A DNA stretch of 64,000 nt from Lepidodermella squamata (taxonomy: Eukaryota; Animalia; Gastrotricha), in assembly GCA_047495785.1 (NCBI GenBank), contig JBLDXI010000054.1:3968001-4032000 (forward strand), in the 5' to 3' direction. The notes below the pieces were generated by a model. It worked only from the letters and a program-made list of their open reading frames with translations, was not told the DNA's origin and searched no databases. The position numbers and the translations under genes were made by a program. Shown here in pieces: positions 23,301 to 33,144 of this stretch. Numbering within the stretch: position 1 is the first letter of the stretch; each line of letters opens with the position of its first letter.

Positions 23301-23638
23301 CAGGACCCGAGGAAATATCTGCGGCTGATAACTGCGGCAAAACAGTTCTCCATTGGGCTATGAAATCGCGAAATTCAGACATAGTTAGTAAACTGTGCGC
23401 ACTTGGGGTCAACGTCAATGCGGTTGACAAATACGGCAAAAGCGCGCTGCATTGGGCAGCTAGATCAGGGATCGTACCGTCGATCAAAGCGATTATCGCC
23501 ACCGGGCGGGTTGCAGACCTTCGGCAAAAAGATAATTTCGGGAAAACGCCGCTGCAATACGCCCATGACATGGGCTATTTGGAAGCAGTGAACGAGCTGC
23601 TGCGGCCGGAGAGACTCGGCGACGATAGCATGTGGTGA
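20374..23638 (+). CDS. APAF1/CED-4-type NB-ARC protein with ~12 ankyrin repeats and putative N-terminal death-fold domain
   Basis: Walker A GEGGIGKT, Walker B LIVLDN, ITRD, GLPI, VHDL motifs; 12 TPLH-type ankyrin repeats. Probable micro-exon 20374-20383 spliced in frame to 20484. Confidence 0.9.
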
Positions 23639-23788
23639 ATACGAATAATTTTATTGCCTTTTAATACACTTTTTACACAACAATTTCGTCTTAACATGAT
23701 GATGATGATGATGATAATTAAACATGTCGGAATAGTATAATACGAATAATCATATATCACAAGTGGAAAAATATTGCGGTAGAGCATG

Positions 23789-26700
23789 CTACTTATTCTT
23801 CTTGGATTTCTTCGACGACTTGGCGCCTTTCGCCATTTCGGCGCAAACCGGGCAGAACCAGGAGACGTTATCGGGCGGCGCCTCGACCAAGCCAACACAC
23901 GCCCAGTGGAACCACTCGTCGCAGCCGTCGCACTGCACCCACGACGTGTCATCCGCCAGACCGCAGCTCGGGCAAACCACCGAAGACGTCTGTTGCTCGA
24001 CCAGGAGGCCTGCTTCCGCTGGCGGCTGACCGTCCTCAATCGCACCTGCAGACAAGTCCAGGGCTACTACAGATGAAGATTCCGCGGCCATTTCCCGATC
24101 CGATCCGGGCTCGCAGAACGAAGATTGCATCTGAACGGGAGAGAAAATTTATAATAATTTCAGATAATTTGATTAAAGTGGATTCATGGGTGAAATGGTG
24201 GAGTGGGCCAGGCAGGGTTGCAACAACACAACACAGCATAACGATCAAAATCGCCATTTTATTACACGGACAAGTTTGTGAATAGACAAAAGCTGAGCGA
24301 TGTTTGAGCGGCGGCGGCGCACCAAGTGTGCCTGCCTTAAAATTTGAAATGCCGCGCGCATCATGATTTTCTATGAATAAAAGTAACGAAACACCGAATT
24401 CAGAACGATTATGTAACTAGCGCAAATGCGGATCACAATCTTGTATCATTTTCCAGCAGCTTCTTTTGTTGTTGTTGTGTTCGTTCGCGATTCAGTGGTG
24501 GAACTAAGTTTCAAGCACCGAAAAACTTGAGCGATCGGTCCAGACTCGTGGTCGCTACGAATTGAGCCTGGGAACCGAATCGCACACCGGTAGCCAATGC
24601 AGTATGATCAGTAAATGTGCGCAGTTCTTGCCACTGAAAGGAAAAACAGCAAAAATTATAACGTATTCAGCAACGATTTGATAATCTAACCTGTTTGACT
24701 AGGTAAACACGGACGTCAGTTCCACCTACAGCCAGGTAAGTGCCGGAGTTGTCGAAGCACATTGAGCGAATTTCGTACTTTCCACTAACAGCCGTGGCCG
24801 AGTCTTCACCTCCAGGCGTCAGGGTCTTGAAATTTTTCAGTTTTCTCAAGTCCCACAGCTTCACAACCGAGTCAGTTCCAGCCGTAGCCAGGTAATAGCC
24901 GTTCTCTGAGAAGGCAAGGCAAGTAATCGGACCGCCATGACCCGCGAAGTTCGCTACGTTAGCCTGATCTTTCAAGTCCCACACTTTGACCTTGAAAAAC
25001 AATAATTATATTGATGCTCAATTTTATTAAAGATCGGTTTATATACCTGTGAATCTTCGGTACCAGTGGCGAAAATCAGACCGTCCGGGTGAAACTGGCA
25101 GCAAGTGAGTGGGACCCGGCCATTCGCCTCATCGACGACCTTGGACAGAACACGGCCGCTGCGGATGTCACTGAATGACCACGACGCGTCAGTTGACGAC
25201 GCCAGAACGTAGTCGCCGGTAGGATGAAGGCTGATGCCAGTGACTGCCTGGTCGTGGGCACGCACAACATGAGAGCACTGCGCATCCTTCACCGACCAGA
25301 CGCGGACAGTTTCGTCTGGCGACGCGCTAATCACAACGTCCTCCACCGGGTGGTACACAACACTGGAAACCTGATTTCATACAAAAAACGATTAGTCGTA
25401 TAAATATTAAGGAGGAATTTCTAAAATTAGGAGTATGTTTTTATTTTATCCAAATTAGAATATAGGCTATCTAACCCCAATTAATAAGCGAATTTTCGAG
25501 CTTTTTCGAATTCCAATCTTCCAAATTCCAATATTCCAATCCCTTTTATCCCGCTCACAGATTTTACTATCCAGGAATTTTCAAAAAATTAAGGTTAAAA
25601 TAGCGTGCAGCGTGTATTACGGAATGCGTATTAACACCATTAAATTATAACTTTAGGCTGGATTTTTCATTTTCCGAGTTTCTTTTATAATCAGCGAGCG
25701 CGATCACTTTTTCACGCACGCCTGGGTTCAAAAAGACAATGTCTTGGTCGATACAAAGGAAAAAAGCGATCTTAAATTCTGAGCCTTACAACGTTTTATC
25801 ATTAAATCTTGCCTATAATTCAACTAAAATTTAAGGAATTTTACTGAATTTTCAAGTTGGATTCACATATTTGTTGGGGTACAATGAAAAGTGACCAACC
25901 TTTTTCGAGTGGCCTTTGAGCACAGCAACCACCTGTTGCGTCTCCTTGTTGAAAACCGCAATGTTTTTGTCGTTGCCGCCGGTTGCGACGCGCGAAGTGT
26001 CGCGGAAGCACAGGTCGAGGCACAGGATGCCAGGCGAGCTGGTGCTGTGCAGGCCGACGTGCGACGCCTGCTGGTTGTACTTCTGAATGTCGTCGGCTGT
26101 CGCCAGGCCTTCCGGAACCGTCTTGCCGCGCTTCTTGCGCTCGCCCGTCAACATACTCGCCATGTCCTGCAGCTTCTTCATCACGTCGTCGCTGATGCCG
26201 ACAACTTCGATGGCGCCGCCGGCTGTTTCGTGGTGGTGGTGGTGGTGCGCGGCCTGGGCGGTAGCCGCCGAGAACGAGTCCGTGATTCCGGCCTGGGGTT
26301 TCAGCGTCGCCAGGGCCTCGCGCGCCGCCGTGACTTCCTTGTTGAGGCGGGCAATGACACGGCACGCGGCGTCGTGTTGGTACAAAGCGTGACTGAGCTC
26401 CTGACGGGCCGTTTGCAGCTGTTGCCGCAGCGTAAACGTGTGCAGCATCACAGCGTCCCACTCGTCCTGCATCATTTTAAGAATCGCCGGAATCGAGGTG
26501 GCCGAGGGCGGGCGCGGCTTGGCAACAGCCGGCGTTTTCACCTCAATGAGCTGTTCGACGGTCAACGACTGGCCATTCACCGGGTCCGTGCCGTTTTCGG
26601 CAATGTACTTCTCGACCAGCCGGCGTTCGAAAATCGTGCCGGAAACCGGCGAGATCACCGGGTGTTCCGGTGTCTCATTGCAAATGCCACAAATCAACGA

Positions 26701-28978
26701 CATATCAACTTGGTAATTAAAAGACTACAACTCGCCTCTATAAAACACACAAAAACAGGTCAGGCCAGTTCGCGTGTACAAAGAGAATCGCAGATCACAG
26801 TTTCCAGACGCATACACAAACATACACCCACAGTGGGGGTAAAAGGGAGGGGCGTTGGGGGTGTTGGATTCATAAAATCGAATGGCGCAATCCTACCTCG
26901 TAATCGAGCGCTCGCTTCTTCACGCCGCTGCCTTGCGACGACGACTGCTTGCGCTTTCGACTGCCCTTGTGACTGTGGTGGTGATGGTGATGGCTTTTGC
27001 CGCTCTTATTGCCCGATCCAGACGGCTCGTCTCCAGACACGAACGGGCTGCTTTCACTGTGTTCGGACCTATCGAACACATATAATTAGAACTAGCATAT
27101 TTGAAGATGGAAAAAACTAACCAGTCGCTTTGATGGGCTGTAGGAATGGGAGATTGAGGTTCAGCCACAGGTTCAGGCTTAGGTGCACCAAATTTGATCT
27201 TCAACTTCAAACCAAAGCCAAGTTTAGGCATAGCAGGTGGCTCAGGCTCAGGCGCAGGCTCTGGTTCAGGTTCAGGTTCAGGCTCTGCGGGCGGCGGGGT
27301 CGGAAGTTTGGCCGGCGATAACGTGAAAGGCTGCTCAGGGGGCGAAAGTTGGAAGGGCGGTGGAGACGGGGCCATTTGAGCTTTCGGCGACTCGGGTGGA
27401 TACCAGTCGACCTCAGCAGATCCGGCGCGATCTCTAGATAGATCCTGCGGCTCATCTTCAAATATATTCGCTGATGGCGGCTCTGCTGGTAGCCCTGCCA
27501 CTTCCTCTGAATAGTTCAGTTTATCGTAACTTGTCACGCTGTTTTCCCCGCTCGGTATCTCAATAGCCTCGCTTATACTTGATTCAGCAGATTTTTCCGG
27601 CAATTTCGGTTCTTCCGCCTCTGGGATAGGAGGTTCTGCCGAGACTGGCGGAGGCGGGGCTGGCGAGGGCGCTTCTGCGATAGGTTTAAACCTGATTTTC
27701 AGGCTTAGCCGCTGCCCTAACGAATGGGCTGTTCCATCTTGAGAAGACTCATTCCCAGACGAATAGCCTGGTAAAGTGGCTGGCGCGATCGGTGTTGAAT
27801 GCTGAATGCCTTGCACCGCAGATTCGTCGATATTGCACACCTCCTTATGAAAATGAGCGGGGTTGTCGTCTGAAATTTCGCCTTCTTCCTTCGACTCAGC
27901 GCGGTCGACAAAATCTGGCGATCGCGTTGTCTGCTCTTGAGTACCCATGTCCGACGTTGACATGGCGCTGATGATTCGGTCCCGCTGCATCGATGTCTCA
28001 TCGACAGCCGAATGCTGGGTGACGTTATTTGCAGGCTCCTCGCCTAATGGGATAGCATCTTCAGTCGCTTCTCGCACAAGGGAAGGCCGGTAGACAGCGA
28101 TGTCTTCTTCAACGCGGCTGAGATCGATGATTTCAGGATGATGCGGCGCTTCTTCCTTCGCCGGCAATATTGGAATTCTGAATTTTATTCGCGGGAATCT
28201 GAGGGCATCTGTGGCTAATTCTTCCGGTTCGACCGGTTTCTCAACTTCCACGGACCTATCACCGGCGGCATTGCTTCCTCTGTGAATGACATCAACTTTA
28301 ATTCAAGCCGAATGAAAATGAAAAAAAAAGCATACAGTCTACTCAGTTTAGGCAATCCTCTGTACGGCCGAACAGCGTGGGACGTGGAGAACCGACGGCC
28401 CATGCTTCCAATTGATAGTTTCTTCGCCAGAGCCTCGGCAGGATGCAACACAGGGTGCTTCTCGCTGCGTAAATTTGTTACAATATCACTTCGAGTCGAT
28501 ATAAGTCAGCATACCTTGGGACCGCGGATTCCGCCTCTGTATCTGAAGACTCATCCTCGTCGCTATCAGAACCGAGAAGGTCGAAGTCCCATGGCTGCAG
28601 CAATTTGTGATGAGAGGTCGATGGTTTCACAGCAGATTCAACGCTGAATTTGAACGGAGGAGCTCGATATGCCCGCAGGAATTCATCAAACTCATTCAAG
28701 TCGAAGCGAACGACTTGCAGAGCCATGACCACATCGTCAAAAATAGGAGACGATCGATTACCTAAATAAATTAGGGCCATATTTCAAGAGAAGGCTCTGA
28801 CTAAAAGCTTACACATGAAAGCAAATTCCAACGCAATGTGTCCCACTTTAGAAATAAATCTCTCCACAAGTTCGGTCAGCACATCCATGGCTGATGACTT
28901 GACGGCATCCCACTGCAGCTGCTTGCATATCTGAGCGATTGCAACCTTGACAAGTTCATGATTTAAATTATCGATCAT
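23789..28978 (-). CDS. TAF3: TFIID subunit TAF3 (histone fold, Pro/Glu-rich linker, C-terminal PHD exon at 23789-24130)
   Basis: N-terminus [38 protein letters not shown]; [38 protein letters not shown]. Phase-0 donor at 26896 is compatible with the phase-0 acceptor at 24131. Confidence 0.85.
24511..26703 (-). CDS. PRPF19: Pre-mRNA processing factor 19 (U-box, coiled coil, WD40)
   Basis: [92 protein letters not shown]. Four exons. Confidence 0.97.
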
Positions 28979-29156
28979 ATTGATTCTACAAAATGACAAA
29001 AATAACATTGGATACCAATTCCGTTTTAGCATTGGTTTATTCTCAGTAAAATAAGCGCAACCGAAGTGAAAATGGATTGTGTCTACTATCACAGACATAA
29101 TGAGATCAAATGACTGAATGATTTATGTTTTTCAGTTAAAAGCATCAAAAAGACGC

Positions 29157-29825
29157 TCAATGCTTGGGTCCTTGCGACGTGTAAAGCTGAGCTGATCGCT
29201 TCTTGTCTATAACTTCCATCTCGCGCAATTTTTGCGATATTTCAGTCTCAATGATTGTACGATATTTGCCTCCTTGGCCGAGCCTCGTCATCTCAGCAAG
29301 GAAACGCCGACGTTCCTCTACTTCGTCGCAGAGTTCGTCGAAGCGGTCGACCTCCTTCTCTTCGACATCATCGTCATCAAAATCGAGATCTTCATACCTC
29401 CGATTCCTCCTTGCTTTTCCCTCTTCGTAAGATTCTATGCCAAAAGCCATGATGTGAGCCAAACGCTCCTTGTCTTCGTCAGTTCTGATTGGTGCGCCGA
29501 CGGTGGGTTTGTAAGCCGGGCGAGTTAAATCCCCGCTTGACAATATTTGCTTCTGAGTTCGCATGCCTCCAGAATAGTTTTTTGGATTCAATACTTTTGG
29601 CGCGGACGAATTAGCACGGGTCTGTTTCTTTGGAGCTCGTTGGGGCGGAGGAGGTAATGACCCAGTTTTTTCGACAGATTCTTTAATCTTTTTTTGCTGT
29701 GCAAATGTCAACTTTGATTCGCGCATAAATTCGCGCAGCAAATTCTTGGTATCTTCACTGTAGTTAACAGGCTTCGAGTCCCATATGCATCCAGTCCGGA
29801 CGATTGCACTTTTGGACGGCTCCAT
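29157..29825 (-). CDS. UPF0193 / EVG1 (C22orf23)-like protein
   Basis: YSEDTKNLLREFMRESKLTFAQQKKI..GSLP; DKERLAHIMAFG; DRFDELCDEVEERRRFLAEM..YRTIIETEISQKLREMEVID. Confidence 0.85.
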   Translation of the reverse strand: MEPSKSAIVRTGCIWDSKPVNYSEDTKNLLREFMRESKLTFAQQKKIKESVEKTGSLPPPPQRAPKKQTRANSSAPKVLNPKNYSGGMRTQKQILSSGDLTRPAYKPTVGAPIRTDEDKERLAHIMAFGIESYEEGKARRNRRYEDLDFDDDDVEEKEVDRFDELCDEVEERRRFLAEMTRLGQGGKYRTIIETEISQKLREMEVIDKKRSAQLYTSQGPKH

Positions 29826-30355
29826 CAAAATAAATAACGGTCTAAATATTAAAAAAATAAGAAAAAAAGCTTAATTAAAATATCGAATCGTCAATTGATG
29901 TGAAACAACAATTTGCAGTCTTTGGAGTGGAGTAATCTTAAAGTACCTAACATGGTCACATGTTTTATCAACGGCGTGATGTCAACTGTTAACGGCAAGC
30001 CCCAATGACGCCACTGCCACGCTCGAAATCAAGAGCACCTATCCTGGTCAATATTTCATTATCTGGGCGAGCACATGTTGGCGTTCAGGAGGAGCGGGCA
30101 GCGGGACTGAGAAACTCTACGAGAAGACTAACGGCACCTTCTTGGGTTCAACTGTTGGCTCTCTTTGATACCGTTATGTCGGAACATGTGAAACGTGTCG
30201 TGTAGTGGTCCGACACGTTGGCGACATCATAGTCGACGGTACTCGTGAAGGATGAAGGATGCGAAAAGCACGGAAAAGGGCGTACAAAATTTACCGATAA
30301 AAGACAGGAAATTGACAGTTGTTGGAGCTGTTTAGAAATCAACCCCGCCGTCGTG

Positions 30356-30817
30356 ATGGATTATCTCACGCAATCAGCAATTGAAAACGCTACAGATTTG
30401 GCAAGAATCATAGGCCTGATCTTCAATCGGAAAGCTGGTATAAGAAATCTTAAATATTTCGACGTAAACAAAAACAAAAGCTGGAACGAATTGATTGTGG
30501 ATATGAAAATCAACTACTTTGTTCTCACCGCGTGGCTGCTTAATATGAACCTTGAAAATGTGCATCTCTTGAATTTTGGTGTTTCAAAAATTACCAAATT
30601 GTACAAGTTGCCAAAAAGGGTTGAAGTTGACCCGATTAAGCTTATGAAAGCATCTTGCGAGGATCTTGAATCCTGCATCAGATATCTACAAGAAATCGAT
30701 GTCAGTGATTTTTCGAAACCTGACCTGAAAACCGTTTCAGCTCCGGCAAAATCCAAAGGAATTAAGCATCGCCGGCTCAAAAAACTCTACTCAAAAGACT
30801 CGAGTCCCGATTCATGA
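30356..30817 (+). CDS. Hypothetical 153 aa ORF, unknown
   Basis: Open frame with protein-like composition and an upstream TTTAG acceptor. No recognisable motif; abuts the hAT remnant. Confidence 0.3.
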   Translation: MDYLTQSAIENATDLARIIGLIFNRKAGIRNLKYFDVNKNKSWNELIVDMKINYFVLTAWLLNMNLENVHLLNFGVSKITKLYKLPKRVEVDPIKLMKASCEDLESCIRYLQEIDVSDFSKPDLKTVSAPAKSKGIKHRRLKKLYSKDSSPDS

Positions 30818-30825
30818 TATATCGC

Positions 30826-31960
30826 GCTTAACGCTTCTCAGGAAGGAAAAATGAGGGAACTATTCGACAAGTTGTTTGATGAGGACCCTGTTCATCACAA
30901 GAAAATATTGGCCCTCTACGGCGCGTGCAAACAAAACTTGGTCATATACTCTAATGACTTGGTCGCAACCGTAGTAACTTAGTAACTTAGTAACTTGGAA
31001 CAAGAGGGCGTTTGTCTCCGTTATGCTCGTCGCCAGGATAAGACTGTTGAAGTAGTTGAGCGATTTCTTTGTTTTCTCAACTCTTCCGAGGACATGTCGA
31101 GCGAGGGCCTGTTAATGCCGGTTGCTGAGTGCCTAGATAAGTTCAGCACCGATCTGCAGAACTGTAGAGGCCAGGGTTATGATTGGGCCGCCGTCAAATC
31201 CGATGATAACAACGGACTTCATGTTCGTATACAGAAGGTTGTTTCTGAAGCCTTGTTTGTGCACTGTCTCAACTTGGTCGTCAATAACGCGGTTTCCGAA
31301 ACGAAAGAAGCGTTTTTTGATACGCTCAACAATTTATGGAATCTTTTTCATTGGCGGAATAGTTTGAAAAGTAAGGTGCCATCTACAATGAAACTGATCA
31401 GGCATCCGAATAAAACGAGGTGGCCAAGCAAATATTAAACTGTTAAAGCGCTCAAAGCCAATTTGAAACACGTTCATGAGGCCTAAGCGAAGATCGCAGC
31501 AGAGGCTATGCTGAATGCCAAGCTTTGACCGTCGTTTCATGGGAATTTGTTCTGCTGCTACATTTCTGGCAAAATCTATTGTCGTTGGTGAATCCTCTCA
31601 GTCGAAAATTGCAATCAGAAGATGTTGACCTAGGTAGAGCAGTCGATTTGTTCAAGAGATTGGAGAAGGCGCTGATCAAAATGCGCGAAGAAATCGCCAA
31701 CTGTGACATCGATAGCTACGATGAAGCTCATCGTGGAAACGCGTCTAATTTTTTGGTTGACGCTCTATTCATGGCAAGGGAACTAGATAACGCCAAATTC
31801 AAAAATATCAGGGGAGTAGCGATCTGAACTCGAGCCACCAAATTTCGAGACGATGTTCTCAAACCTGTAATAGATACTGCTATTGGGCAAATCCGAGTTA
31901 GGTTTCAGGGGATTCACGAGGTTAACCAAAGGTTTCAATGGTTGAACTTGAATGAAGTCT
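30826..31960 (+). pseudogene. Decayed hAT-family (ZMYM1/DUF4371-like) transposase
   Basis: Fragments GKMRELF..DPV, EQEGVCLRY..VVERFLCF, CRGQGYD.AA, ALFVHCLNLVV, TRW, VNPLSRKLQS, VIDTAIGQIRVRF, interrupted by stops and frameshifts. Confidence 0.85.
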
Positions 31961-33144
31961 TGACCGCACGCACCTTGAACCGACCCAGAATCCTTGTTCT
32001 GACTTCTGACACTCTCACACCTCGCAGCTTACGCCTTTACACCTGTCCCCCGTCCCCCGTTGGGTGTTCCTCGCTCTCAGCTCTCTCACATCGTTCCTCT
32101 ACTGGAGTCTCTCAGACTTCTGTAGCCCTTCATTCACAGCAACGTCATTGTTTACCAATTTTAATTTATTTATATAAAAATTATTAGTACTCGGTAATCA
32201 ATTACCCGGATATGACATTAAATGCAATGTCAAGGTCACTTAATATTTGAAAAAATGCGCGCGTGATGCGCATCCTGTTTCAAGTGCCGATTTTTGGAAG
32301 TGATCGCGAGGTTTTGTCTCAAATAGTCTCAAGCATTAAAGTGGAGAATGCCAAAGGCCAGGATGTCTACTTTTTTCTTTCGATCAAGGCTAATAACTCT
32401 AAAAACTCGTGAAATCTAAATGTTGACCTGTTCAAAGTCTTTAATCACTCTGGTGAAGTCTGCGTTACCTCTTAAAAATCGGAAATACAAAATGCAAATT
32501 ACTCAATTCGGCTAATAATTTGACCCCTTGGTAAGATATCGGAAATGGATGCATCGCATGCATTAACCATTGAATCGGTGTCGTGCTTGACTGGGCGTTG
32601 TAAAAAGATATTTGGAGGTGCCCATTGCCCATTGCCCATCCGTCCTGAAAAGTTGCACACCTATTTGTACGCTATACACCTTGAAGCTCAAAGAACGACA
32701 TAACCGTTTCAATGTGTTACAATTTCGGAGGTTTCTCAAATCGTGAAGTTATCTCTCTAAGGGTTGGCTTTGTGATTCTAATCTTAGATAGAAGTCTTAC
32801 GTACTTGGAATCACTTCCGTCCGTCCGTTCATTCGTTCATTTTATCGTTTGTGCGCTGTGTGCGGTGTGCGCCTTCGTGTACTCCTCGAAACTACGGCGT
32901 GTTCCCGTCAACTGTCTAATGCCGCCTGGGCGACAATGTATTACAATGTGGCTCAATACCCTGGTAATTATATCAGGGTGTCAGGGTTGTAAAGAGCGAT
33001 CTCTCTCGCACCTTTAATGCGTTCTTTCAAAGTTTTATGTTCGTTAAATATTGCACGTTAACGACACGACCAAAGTCTCAATCAAGCATTACGCATTAAG
33101 CCTGATACACTTTCCACTTCGGTTTAGGAAATAAACTTGAATTC

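Noticed and set aside
25891-27120. 409 aa plus-strand ORF
   Set aside because: Antisense shadow of PRPF19 and TAF3 exons.
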